DNA of 64,000 bases from a virus (taxonomy: Duplodnaviria; Heunggongvirae; Uroviricota; Caudoviricetes): positions 59,723-123,722 of the IMG/VR virus record IMGVR_UViG_3300044557_000151, one strand, 5' to 3'. This document shows positions 28,635-37,694 of this stretch, in pieces (the stretch's first letter is position 1; the number at the start of each line of letters is the position of its first letter). The notes under the pieces are model-generated. The model was not told where the DNA came from. It saw nothing but the letters and a program-made list of their open reading frames with translations, and ran no database searches. A program made the position numbers and the translations under genes.

Positions 28635-28941
28635 CGCGACTCTATTAGAAAAAACGATTAGCGGAATTGAATCTGATTATCGCGAAGGGATTAAAGAGTT
28701 GATGATCATCTTAAGCGATGCTGCACGAGTGCACGCGACTCGGGAGACGATTATCTTTGCAGAGGAATCGGTATCTGACTTTCCACATGCGATTGACTTC
28801 CTGAAAAGTCGGTGTGCAGAACAATATCTAGGATATTACGGATACAGGTTCTATCAAGAAAACGATTGGGTAAAGAAGCACTTCTGGAACATTGCACAGC
28901 CAATCCATGTTGGGTGCACCATTAGTTGGCCGGTTGAGTAG
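28621..28941 (+). CDS. hypothetical protein
   Basis: Frame of ORF 28612. ATG at 28621. Confidence 0.4.
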   Translation, partial: TMETSATLLEKTISGIESDYREGIKELMIILSDAARVHATRETIIFAEESVSDFPHAIDFLKSRCAEQYLGYYGYRFYQENDWVKKHFWNIAQPIHVGCTISWPVE

Positions 28942-28973
28942 TTTATAATATTGAGATTTTAGGAGGCGCCACG

Positions 28974-29282
28974 GTGAGTACATCAAGTATGCCAAGCACA
29001 CAAACTGGGATTATGGAATTAGCTGATGCGTATTTGCGCGAACGCTATCGTTTAAAGAGTCTGCACAAAAAGCCAAGTGATTTGAACATGTTCCAGTGGA
29101 CGCGCAAATGCCTATGCGTTACTCAAAAACAAATGGCGGACATATTGAATGTCTCTGTGGCCTCTCTCAAGGCTTATGAGTATGGGAGCCGAAATCCAGG
29201 GGAAGACGCATGGAAACGTCTCTCGGACGTCACCCACATGTCAGTTGCGGATTTATTAGAACTGGAAAACAAGAATCGGTAA
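28974..29282 (+). CDS. XRE-family helix-turn-helix protein
   Basis: VTQKQMADILNVSVASLKAYEYGSRNP is a canonical HTH_XRE segment. Lies 30 bp upstream of the second tnpB. Confidence 0.6.
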   Translation: MSTSSMPSTQTGIMELADAYLRERYRLKSLHKKPSDLNMFQWTRKCLCVTQKQMADILNVSVASLKAYEYGSRNPGEDAWKRLSDVTHMSVADLLELENKNR

Positions 29283-29311
29283 AAGTTTGATTTTGTAAAG
29301 GAGGTGAGGCC

Positions 29312-30448
29312 GTGGATACCTATCAAGCATACAAAGTCCGTATCTATCCCACTCAATTACAAGCTGATATGATTATGCAATTTATCGGAAATAGTCGATT
29401 CGTGTATAACCAAATGCTTGCCATGCAGGCTGATCGTTACAAGAACGGCGGAAGGTACGTTGGATACATGGCAATGTCCAACCTAGTCAAACCACTCAAA
29501 CAAGAGTACGCATTCCTCAAGCTGTCACCATCTCAATCGCTACAACAGGCGTGTGCGGATTTGAACGCCGCTTTCCAGAACTTCTTTGCTAAGCGCGCAG
29601 ACTATCCACGGTTCCACTCCCGAAAAGGTGCGAAGCAATCTATGCGGGTCATGCAGGCTTGTTCCATCATCGCTTCGGGAGTCAAGCTGCCAAAGCTCGG
29701 TATCATGCGTTTCCGTTATGGATATAGTCTCGACCCGTCACTTAAAATTCGGCAAGTGACCGTCTCGTACACCTCATCTCACAAGTTTTACGCCAGCATC
29801 TTAGTTAAATGCGAAAAACAAGCATTGTCTAAAACTGGTGAACAAGTGGGATTGGATATGGGCGTGGCTGACTTAGCTATCCAGAGCAATGGCAAGAAAA
29901 TTCCAACTCAGAAGCATGACGAGCTGGAACACTCTCTTCACATTTGGCAACGTAAGTTGGCTCGCCGTAGGGAGTTAGCCAAGGCGGAAATCGCTAAATC
30001 CAAGCACTATGACCACACTGAATTGACGCTTGATGACTTCTCCAATTACAACAAGGCGAAAATAATGGTTGCTAAGTTGCATGAGAAGATTGCTAACAGG
30101 CGGAAGGATTACCTACACAAGACGACAACCAAATTGGTGCGGGAATATGACCTTATCGCTATGGAAGATTTGAGGACCAAGAATATGGTCAAGAATCACC
30201 ATTTGGCGAAGTCAATTACCAATCAAGGCTGGAACATGTTTAAAACCATGCTTCAGTACAAGTGCGAGTGGTATGGGAAGACAATAGTGGTGGTAAACCC
30301 GCGGAATACCAGTCGCGTATGTTCTGATTGTGGTGTGGATAGCGGCAAGAAACCACTAGATGTGCGGGAATGGACGTGTCCAGGATGTGGTACATGGCAT
30401 GATCGTGATGTGAATGCAGCACAAAACATTTTGAAATTAGCAGTGTAA
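29312..30448 (+). CDS. tnpB: TnpB RNA-guided endonuclease
   Basis: KVRIYPTQLQ...GNSRFVYNQ. RuvC-I GLDMG, RuvC-II MEDLRTK. Zinc finger CSDCG...CPGCG. RuvC-III DRDVNAAQNIL. Confidence 0.9.
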   Translation: MDTYQAYKVRIYPTQLQADMIMQFIGNSRFVYNQMLAMQADRYKNGGRYVGYMAMSNLVKPLKQEYAFLKLSPSQSLQQACADLNAAFQNFFAKRADYPRFHSRKGAKQSMRVMQACSIIASGVKLPKLGIMRFRYGYSLDPSLKIRQVTVSYTSSHKFYASILVKCEKQALSKTGEQVGLDMGVADLAIQSNGKKIPTQKHDELEHSLHIWQRKLARRRELAKAEIAKSKHYDHTELTLDDFSNYNKAKIMVAKLHEKIANRRKDYLHKTTTKLVREYDLIAMEDLRTKNMVKNHHLAKSITNQGWNMFKTMLQYKCEWYGKTIVVVNPRNTSRVCSDCGVDSGKKPLDVREWTCPGCGTWHDRDVNAAQNILKLAV

Positions 30449-30568
30449 CTGATAAACAAGGGCAGGGACTGTCCGTGGTAATAGAGTCGAACCTCTTGAG
30501 GTGCTCATGTGTAACACACAAAGTTCGATGCTCCCAGAAGCCTGTCATTTTAATGACGGGTGGTTCAC
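30449..30568 (+). ncRNA. putative omega-RNA scaffold / IS right end of the second tnpB element
   Basis: Hairpin-rich segment ending in GGTGGTTCAC. Architecture parallels the other right ends (CCCAGAAGC + hairpin + GTTCAC). Confidence 0.45.
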
Positions 30569-30616
30569 TTCCGCTACGTTGGGTATGACGTCAAAGATCA
30601 TTATAACGCTTTGGGC

Positions 30617-30808
30617 GAAGTAGACGGTTACGTCATCTCATGGAATAACGAAAAGGGACGGTAGATAATGAAATTTGAACCATATCAACATGTACAACGT
30701 ATGGGCGTTGACGAAGTAGACGGTTACGTCATCTCATGGAATAACGAAAAGGGACGGTAGATAATGAAATTTGAACCATATCAACATGTACAACGTATGG
30801 GCGTTGAC
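30617..30808 (+). repeat. perfect 96-bp tandem duplication spanning RBS and start of the RNA ligase gene
   Basis: 30617..30712 equals 30713..30808 exactly. A 12-bp junction GAAGTAGACGGT recurs at 30809. Copy 1 creates a decoy 30-codon ORF (30668..30760). Confidence 0.9.
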
Positions 30809-31696
30809 GAAGTAGACGGTATCCTGGATGGTAATGTTGTCATTCAACCGAAGATTGATGGAACAAACGCATCAATCTGGTTAGACCAAAATGGAACCTT
30901 GGGATTTGGAAGTCGTCGGCGAAAGCTGACTTTAGAAAAGGACAACGCGGGGTTCATGACCTTCTTCACCTCTGAAATGGCTCAAGGCGACGCCGCCAAA
31001 TTACAAGAGTATCTCGAAGATAACCCAGATTACACCATTTACGGCGAATGGTTAGTCCAACATGTCGTTCATTACAAAGATAACGTTTACCATCAACTGT
31101 TCATTTTCGACGTCTACGACAATGCGAATGAACGATATCTCAACATCGAAGAATATCAAGATGACCTTCAAGAGTTGGGCATGTCGTATGTGGTTGTGAT
31201 CCCGGCGATTTACAAAGGTAAAGCAACAAACGAGATGATTGTAAAGCTCGCTAAGGATAACCACTATCTTCTGGAAAAAGACCAGGTCGGTGAAGGCGTT
31301 GTAGTTAAACGATATGACTTCGTGAATCGATATGGGCGTACCACTTGGGGTAAATACGTGCTTGCAGATTTCAAGAAGCGCAAACATGATGGACGTAATT
31401 ACTCTCAGGATGTTGATGGTATTGGGAACAGTTATGCAGAACCTATTGCTAAATTCATTACACCAGCGTTTGTCGAAAAAGAGTTCATTAAGTTTAAAGA
31501 GCGATTGGATCACCCGTTTAGTGGAAAAGATATTCCGGCATTGCTAGGGACCGTGTATCACGAATTTGTTTCAGAAGAGACGTGGCATTTCTTGAAAGAA
31601 CTTGGGAAGAGTCCGGTTGTCAACTTTGGAACTGTACAGCGCGAATCGTACAAACAAATTAAGCGGTGTTTGCCTGTCTTATTCGGCCAAGCATAG
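30764..31696 (+). CDS. ATP-dependent RNA ligase-like nucleotidyltransferase
   Basis: Motif I KIDGTNA (ligase/capping-enzyme lysine adenylyltransferase). 310 aa. RtcB lies nearby. Confidence 0.5.
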   Translation: MKFEPYQHVQRMGVDEVDGILDGNVVIQPKIDGTNASIWLDQNGTLGFGSRRRKLTLEKDNAGFMTFFTSEMAQGDAAKLQEYLEDNPDYTIYGEWLVQHVVHYKDNVYHQLFIFDVYDNANERYLNIEEYQDDLQELGMSYVVVIPAIYKGKATNEMIVKLAKDNHYLLEKDQVGEGVVVKRYDFVNRYGRTTWGKYVLADFKKRKHDGRNYSQDVDGIGNSYAEPIAKFITPAFVEKEFIKFKERLDHPFSGKDIPALLGTVYHEFVSEETWHFLKELGKSPVVNFGTVQRESYKQIKRCLPVLFGQA

Positions 31697-31703
31697 GAGA
31701 TTT

Positions 31704-32066
31704 ATGAAAATTAAATTAATTGATGTAACAACCGAAGAGGAATACATGGAACTTGGCACATGCGAACTCTGCTTCAGCTATGGCGAAGAAGAGATCCCAA
31801 CCTTTCATTTCGAGAAAGACGACGGAACCAAGTTTGATGTTGAGGCTTTCTATATTGAATGGGGTTGCCCGTATTCTCTCTATGTTGACAACGCAATTAC
31901 CTTTGCTGGGTATCTTGCAAGTTTAGACTTCGACCCTGACTTCGACAAACAAATCAATGCTAAAGGTTATAACGAGTGGGACGATTACGCGTGGCTTAGT
32001 AATTTGCTCCGCGATTATGCCGAGTCCACATTCTGCAAAGATCCAGAATACGATCCATCGTGGTAA
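31704..32066 (+). CDS. hypothetical protein
   Basis: ATG 31704 follows AGGAGA (ORF track frame began at 31602). Confidence 0.45.
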   Translation: MKIKLIDVTTEEEYMELGTCELCFSYGEEEIPTFHFEKDDGTKFDVEAFYIEWGCPYSLYVDNAITFAGYLASLDFDPDFDKQINAKGYNEWDDYAWLSNLLRDYAESTFCKDPEYDPSW

Positions 32067-32089
32067 AAGTACGATTTTAGGAGGTTAAC

Positions 32090-32395
32090 ATGATTACACC
32101 AAGAGGGTTAATGGACAAGGTTAAGGTTCGAAAATTAGAACTTGATAACCAATTTGAGCAAACGTATCTGGATCAAAAAGATGCAATGGAATTATTGCTA
32201 GAAGAACTGTTAGTTGATGCCATTGCTCGTAATGGTAGAGGTGTATGGATTGATGAATACGGTAATAGTTCATTGTATAACTTCCTTGTAAAATACTCCG
32301 ATCGCATTGATGGATATTCGTTTGAAATCGACGACGTAACATGTGATATGTATGTAACGCCAATCTTGGACGACGATTCGTGGAATGAATATTAA
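32090..32395 (+). CDS. hypothetical protein
   Basis: ORF track 101 aa. RBS AGGAGG upstream. Confidence 0.45.
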   Translation: MITPRGLMDKVKVRKLELDNQFEQTYLDQKDAMELLLEELLVDAIARNGRGVWIDEYGNSSLYNFLVKYSDRIDGYSFEIDDVTCDMYVTPILDDDSWNEY

Positions 32396-32412
32396 CTGAA
32401 AGCTGGTACGTC

Positions 32413-33603
32413 TTGGAAATCAAAGGTAAATACGGCGTTGCAAAAGTAATGACCGAGAATATTGAGCAAACCGCTCAAGAACAGTTGAAAACGTTACTGG
32501 ATCAGCCATACATGAAGGGCAACGATGTTCGAATCATGCCGGATGTTCACGCTGGTAAAGGCGCAACAATTGGCACTAGCATCAAGTTAAACAACGACTT
32601 CATTTGCCCAAATACGGTTTCGGTCGACCTGGGCTGTGGAATGCACGTATTCAAGCTTGACATCGATCATGTAGACTTTGAAAAGTTGGATCAGTTAATC
32701 AATAACGAAGTACCATCTGGTTTCAACGTTTACGAAAATCCGATTCGTAAATTCAGACAAATCAATTATACTCGCATTACTCATCTGAAAAACTACGATC
32801 ACATCTTGAACAGTATTGGAACTCTTGGTGGTGGGAACCATTTCATTGAAATCGATCAGGATACCGATGGTGTTTACTACCTGGTAATTCATTCAGGCTC
32901 ACGCAACTTGGGCGTTCAAGTTGCCAACTATTATCAACGCTTAGCAATTTCGAATCAGTCAAAGAATGTTGAGTTACGCGACGCTGTGATTGCAGCATGT
33001 AAAGAGGTTGGACAAGAGCGTCAGATTGAGGGTTTGTTGAATACGTTGAAACAAACGAATCCAATCATTCCAGACGAGTTGGCTCCTGTCAGCGGCCAAG
33101 ATGCTGAAGACTACTTATACGACGTATCGATTGCACAAGAGTTTGCAGCGTTGAATCGTTTGACGATGGCCGAAACAATTATCTACGGCATGAATTGGCA
33201 AGTTGATTCAGACTTTGATTCAATTCACAACTACATTGATATCGATAATCGAATTATTCGCAAAGGTGCTACCGATGCCTCGTTGGGGAAACAATTGGTT
33301 ATCCCATTGAATATGCGTGATGGCTCGATTATTGCAACTGGCATGGGTAACTCTGACTGGAACTACTCAGCTCCACATGGTGCAGGTCGCGTAATGTCTC
33401 GCAAGAAGGCGTTTGAAACAGTTGCCATGAACGACTTTACCAAATCGATGGAAGGTATCTACTCGACTTCTGTTGTCAAAGAAACGATTGATGAATCACC
33501 GTTCGCATACAAGCCTGCACAAGAGATTATTGATGCAATCAGTGAGAAGACTGTCCACATCGATAAGGTGATTAAACCGGTTTACAACTACAAGGCACAT
33601 TAA
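32413..33603 (+). CDS. rtcB: RtcB-family RNA 3'-phosphate ligase
   Basis: MPDVHAGKGATIG, GGGNHFIEID and APHGAGR motifs. Start uncertain: TTG at 32413 or ATG at 32449. Confidence 0.85.
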   Translation: MEIKGKYGVAKVMTENIEQTAQEQLKTLLDQPYMKGNDVRIMPDVHAGKGATIGTSIKLNNDFICPNTVSVDLGCGMHVFKLDIDHVDFEKLDQLINNEVPSGFNVYENPIRKFRQINYTRITHLKNYDHILNSIGTLGGGNHFIEIDQDTDGVYYLVIHSGSRNLGVQVANYYQRLAISNQSKNVELRDAVIAACKEVGQERQIEGLLNTLKQTNPIIPDELAPVSGQDAEDYLYDVSIAQEFAALNRLTMAETIIYGMNWQVDSDFDSIHNYIDIDNRIIRKGATDASLGKQLVIPLNMRDGSIIATGMGNSDWNYSAPHGAGRVMSRKKAFETVAMNDFTKSMEGIYSTSVVKETIDESPFAYKPAQEIIDAISEKTVHIDKVIKPVYNYKAH

Positions 33604-33604
33604 G

Positions 33605-33931
33605 ATGATGAATATTATTTGTGTAGGAGTTGTAGTTGTCATGCTGGGTTTATCCTGTGCCAAGATTGTTGATATGAAGTGTCACCACCAATGTCCATAT
33701 CACCATAGACAATCAAACGGAAAGTGTGAACCATTCCCAAGCGATTATGACTACGGTGAAGGCTACATGTCGCTGTATCAGATCATCGAAACTGGAAGTG
33801 GTTATGTACTAGACGTTCATAGCCAATCGTATCTAGGAGACGATCATATCGATATTGACGAAAACCAAGTTCCGATTACTCACTGTCCACTATGTGGCGG
33901 ATATCTATGGAGGTCACGAAGTAAGTGTTAG
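33605..33931 (+). CDS. Cys-rich small protein
   Basis: CHHQCPYHH...CPLCGG. N-terminal hydrophobic segment. Confidence 0.4.
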   Translation: MMNIICVGVVVVMLGLSCAKIVDMKCHHQCPYHHRQSNGKCEPFPSDYDYGEGYMSLYQIIETGSGYVLDVHSQSYLGDDHIDIDENQVPITHCPLCGGYLWRSRSKC

Positions 33932-34248
33932 AAACAAAACGAGAGATTTTCGACTTCTTAGTCGATCATACTATCCAGATTGCTCAACAAGTCGAAGTAG
34001 GCGAAACCAGCAAGCGTTCTGAAGAGTTTCGGCGCGATATGAACGCACTGTGGGACAGCGCTGACGATCAACGAAAAGGGTGCCCACATTGCTTAAAAGG
34101 TATGCCGTTAATCGACGATGCTTGGAATTATATCGGCATTGAACGTGAGACTAAGCGGATGTTCTTCAACAGCAATAAGGCTGTTGGACATGACGAAGTG
34201 GGTATTGTTCATATCAAGTATTGTCCTGAATGCGGGGCGAAGCTGTGA
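33925..34248 (+). CDS. small zinc-ribbon protein (paralog family)
   Basis: CPHCLKG ... YCPECGAKL. Confidence 0.45.
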   Translation: MLETKREIFDFLVDHTIQIAQQVEVGETSKRSEEFRRDMNALWDSADDQRKGCPHCLKGMPLIDDAWNYIGIERETKRMFFNSNKAVGHDEVGIVHIKYCPECGAKL

Positions 34249-34436
34249 GCGAAACAAAAGAAGACGTGTTCGAAGCCGCAATCGATTTAGTCAAAACTTG
34301 GTGGCCGTATCCCGGTAATGCCATTGACCAGGCCGACGATCTGATTCGCCGATGGAAGAATGCCCCCTACCATAAGCCATTGATTTCATATTGTTACGAC
34401 CAAGACGGGGAGCCGACTCAGGTGGAGATTTCATGA
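34230..34436 (+). CDS. small protein of the ETK-DVF paralog family
   Basis: N-terminus SETKEDVFEAAIDLV matches the N-termini of the 34433, 38070 and 39490 proteins. Confidence 0.4.
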   Translation: MRGEAVSETKEDVFEAAIDLVKTWWPYPGNAIDQADDLIRRWKNAPYHKPLISYCYDQDGEPTQVEIS

Positions 34437-34789
34437 AAGAGACCAAAGAAGATGTATTCCAAAAGCTACTAGATGAATACTGTAAAGACGAGGCGCGAAT
34501 CGACACCTTAGTGTATGAACCAGATCAGCACATTCCAGATCTCGATCGCGAGTATTTTATGAAGCGATATGAGGAGGCAAAACAGGGCGATTCCAAATGC
34601 CCATACTGCCATAGTGACGGGCACACTCGTTGGGATAATAGATCGGTGTGGGGGTCAAAAGAGATTCTTGACTGTTATGGAGAATCCAACAATCTGTTTA
34701 TCAACCTCAGTAGCAAAACTCTGTTGGAAGGTTACGCGATGAGTGAATTTGAGATTTACTACTGTCCGATGTGCGGACGCAAATTATAA
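34433..34789 (+). CDS. small zinc-ribbon protein (paralog family)
   Basis: MKETKEDVFQKLL... CPYCHSDGH ... YYCPMCGRKL. ATGA overlap with the upstream gene. Confidence 0.45.
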   Translation: MKETKEDVFQKLLDEYCKDEARIDTLVYEPDQHIPDLDREYFMKRYEEAKQGDSKCPYCHSDGHTRWDNRSVWGSKEILDCYGESNNLFINLSSKTLLEGYAMSEFEIYYCPMCGRKL

Positions 34790-35032
34790 AACTGAACTTT
34801 TAGAAGGTAGAAAAACTTGAGAAAGCTGTTTTGGATTCCGGCATTACCATTCATTGTCATCGGAGTTCCACTATATACAATTGGGACGCTCGTTATCGCT
34901 TGTGCCTACTGGATTAGTTCGTGGGCAGTCAAGGGTTGGGAACACGAATGGGTGTTTAAGGACTTGTTCGGGCTATGGAACTGGTAGCAACAAAAACAAA
35001 TAAAACTAAAATTTTAGAAAGTAGGAAAGGCA

Positions 35033-35287
35033 ATGGCAGACAAAATTACAATTTATGATCGAGACAATTTTTTTGATCTGATTGAAAACGCGATTCAAGA
35101 TGACATCACTGAGGCTAGTGATTATGAAAACTATCACACTGCGATTGTTGAATATGAAGGACAGACATACGAAGTCGGCTACTCCACAAATATCACGTGG
35201 GGCGTCAACGACGAAAGTGGCTGGGTGCTGACCCCTGTATATCCTTACGAAGTGACGACTACGCGATATTCTTACACACCGCGATAA
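35033..35287 (+). CDS. hypothetical protein
   Basis: ORF track 84 aa. RBS AGGAAAGG upstream. Confidence 0.4.
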   Translation: MADKITIYDRDNFFDLIENAIQDDITEASDYENYHTAIVEYEGQTYEVGYSTNITWGVNDESGWVLTPVYPYEVTTTRYSYTPR

Positions 35288-35315
35288 AAGATGAGTTTTG
35301 CAAAGGAGATCCCGA

Positions 35316-35681
35316 ATGAGTTTTAAGGATATTTTCGAACGAGCAGCGGTCAAGGCTCTGTTTAACATCGATGACTACGACCACATCAGCTTCAATCGGA
35401 CTAATGAAACTGAAGAAAAGTACGGATTGACGCGATTCAACTATAATTTTGACGTTTATATCAAAAAGTCAATCATGTATGTAATCCCCATGGAGGGGAC
35501 CCAAGATGAATACGGAAACTACCGTTATGCCTATCTTGATGATGATGATGTTTGGGCGGTATCCGGTTCCCATCTTTCCGGCATGGAAAGTCCTGCACTT
35601 CGATGGCAGGTTTCATCGACCGAATTTGAAAATGCTCCGAGTTGGATTAGAGACCAGACACCAATTGAGGTGCCAAAATGA
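35316..35681 (+). CDS. hypothetical protein
   Basis: ATG 35316 after AAAGGAGA (track frame began at 35298). Confidence 0.45.
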   Translation: MSFKDIFERAAVKALFNIDDYDHISFNRTNETEEKYGLTRFNYNFDVYIKKSIMYVIPMEGTQDEYGNYRYAYLDDDDVWAVSGSHLSGMESPALRWQVSSTEFENAPSWIRDQTPIEVPK

Positions 35682-35902
35682 GCAATACGGTTATCTTAGC
35701 AATCATCTGGGCGATTATTGTGTTAGTCACAACTGGTGAGACTGTTTATCAGAACATTTGGCAATCAAAGATTATCAATCAGCAACGCGAACTGATCGAA
35801 AAGCAGCTTGATGTTCAAAATAAGGCATTCAAGTCATCTGAAACGCTAATCCGTATCATGTCGGATGTTGATAAGGTGATCGGAGCGAAGAATGATGACT
35901 AA
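35678..35902 (+). CDS. small membrane protein
   Basis: N-terminal TM helix (VILAIIWAIIVLVTT). Confidence 0.4.
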   Translation: MSNTVILAIIWAIIVLVTTGETVYQNIWQSKIINQQRELIEKQLDVQNKAFKSSETLIRIMSDVDKVIGAKNDD

Positions 35903-36203
35903 GACCAAGATTACTCGCGAAATCGAGCGAACTCTTTGGCAGAAGTTTGTAGCTGACAGTATGAATGTCTTTGGTGCATTTGAGGTAACGGTTGGCTATA
36001 CGGGGTATAAAGTCGCCTGTGTTCGGATTCCATATGGACTTAGTTTGACGGATTCCTCACGCAAAGTTTATTACGAGGATTCAATCACTGTGCGATTTGA
36101 TATTCCGAAAGTCGAACCGATAGCAAATAATCCAAAAACCAATATCTCGGATGAGGTTATTGCGTCGATGAAGCGTATGGGTAGCCCGTGGCATCATTGG
36201 TAG
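35892..36203 (+). CDS. hypothetical protein
   Basis: ORF track 103 aa. Confidence 0.4.
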   Translation: MMTKTKITREIERTLWQKFVADSMNVFGAFEVTVGYTGYKVACVRIPYGLSLTDSSRKVYYEDSITVRFDIPKVEPIANNPKTNISDEVIASMKRMGSPWHHW

Positions 36204-36283
36204 AAAAAAGAATCCCTTATATTAAAGGGCTTACGACGCACAAATATATGGTAAAAGTCATATTTTAGAAAGCGGGATATTAC

Positions 36284-36670
36284 ATGATGAGTAGTTTAGA
36301 TATGTCTGGAGACAATATGGTCTCTGTTAAAATGAAACATCCAGTCGAGGCATTTCAACTCACAAACGCGTGGTCAGATGATTATATTGCCGAGTATAAG
36401 AAGGCTGATTCGATCAAAGGCCATGCGGGTACGGAGGCGATCTGGAATTTGTTCTCTAAACATCATGGCGTGATGTACTCAGAATTCTTATACAGAGACG
36501 AGGGATACTTCTCAGTGAAAAACCATTACGGGAACGAAACTACGGTTCATATTGGCGACTGGATCGTCCCTATTGGTCAAGACAAGTATGGACATGATCT
36601 CTGTTTTGCAATGACTAATGAACAATTCGAACAATATTTCACTGAAGATGGGGTGGCTGTGCTTGACTAA
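36284..36670 (+). CDS. hypothetical protein
   Basis: ORF track 128 aa. Confidence 0.45.
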   Translation: MMSSLDMSGDNMVSVKMKHPVEAFQLTNAWSDDYIAEYKKADSIKGHAGTEAIWNLFSKHHGVMYSEFLYRDEGYFSVKNHYGNETTVHIGDWIVPIGQDKYGHDLCFAMTNEQFEQYFTEDGVAVLD

Positions 36671-37097
36671 ATACAATTATGATGATTACCAAGAATACGA
36701 TCCGGATTACCCTGGCGGGCCATATCAAAAAGACTACGACAAATTGCGAGAACGCTTGCTTTATCATCGTATCGTGAAGTGGGATAAACACTCACTGACC
36801 TTGGACGATGGTACTAAAATCGAGATTGTATGTAGCGAACAGGATTGTTGTGCATGGGCAGGTGGCGTTTGGAATGATGTCGAGCTCGATGCAGTAATCA
36901 CTGATGTTTCGAACCCGAAGAGTTGGGACGTACCAGATGACGACACTCATGTTGTAGCGGGAGTTGTTACTATCTTTCATAACCAAAATCCAATCGCGGT
37001 CGCTGATTGTGAAGGCAACGCTGGTAATGGTGGGTATTATGGAAGTGTCTGCTCGTTGCGAATTGGTGATATTGATTATCCAGTATTGGAGGCCTAA
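36618..37097 (+). CDS. hypothetical protein
   Basis: ORF track 159 aa. Start uncertain (candidate ATG at 36648). Confidence 0.35.
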   Translation: MNNSNNISLKMGWLCLTKYNYDDYQEYDPDYPGGPYQKDYDKLRERLLYHRIVKWDKHSLTLDDGTKIEIVCSEQDCCAWAGGVWNDVELDAVITDVSNPKSWDVPDDDTHVVAGVVTIFHNQNPIAVADCEGNAGNGGYYGSVCSLRIGDIDYPVLEA

Positions 37098-37322
37098 ATG
37101 CGAAAAGACATGGAACAGACAGATATGCTCTATGCACTTGTCTACGAATATCCAGATGGACATCAGGAGTTTAAGTCACGTTATCCAAATCGTGGTGTTT
37201 CGGTATATCGATCGAAGAAAATGGCATTATCCAAAGCTAAACAAGCTCCAGTAATTTACACGCAAGATGGGGAAGTAGTTCCACGAGTCGTCTCTTTCAA
37301 ACGATCAGAGGTAGTTGAATGA
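37098..37322 (+). CDS. hypothetical protein
   Basis: ORF track 74 aa. Confidence 0.4.
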   Translation: MRKDMEQTDMLYALVYEYPDGHQEFKSRYPNRGVSVYRSKKMALSKAKQAPVIYTQDGEVVPRVVSFKRSEVVE

Positions 37323-37507
37323 GTAAATGGGAAGCTTTTCTAAAAGGAATGGAATTTCTTTTCTTCTTCTTTATTGCTACTGCGGCGGTTGCGGACGGCG
37401 TTGTTAAGTTTGGCGCATTTGACTTGCTTACTGGTCTAGGTAGATGGGTAACTCTTGTGATCAGTATCGCGATCATGGGGCTAATCATCTGGGAAATGAC
37501 GAGGTGA
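37319..37507 (+). CDS. small membrane protein
   Basis: Two hydrophobic segments (FLFFFFIATAAVA and VTLVISIAIMGLII). Confidence 0.35.
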   Translation: MSKWEAFLKGMEFLFFFFIATAAVADGVVKFGAFDLLTGLGRWVTLVISIAIMGLIIWEMTR

Positions 37508-37511
37508 TTTA

Positions 37512-37694
37512 GTGCGAAACAGCTATTACATTCGTCCAGGCAGTGTTTTAATTAAAATGGCATATGGATACTGGGAAAGCCTACATACAGATCAACCTTT
37601 CGAAGATTGGTTCAAACAGCTTAGATGGGTTGATCCAGAAAAGGAATATATGTTTGATAAAACGTTTACGATTGTGGAGGAACGTGAGCATTGA
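37512..37694 (+). CDS. hypothetical protein
   Basis: ORF track 60 aa. Confidence 0.35.
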   Translation: MRNSYYIRPGSVLIKMAYGYWESLHTDQPFEDWFKQLRWVDPEKEYMFDKTFTIVEEREH

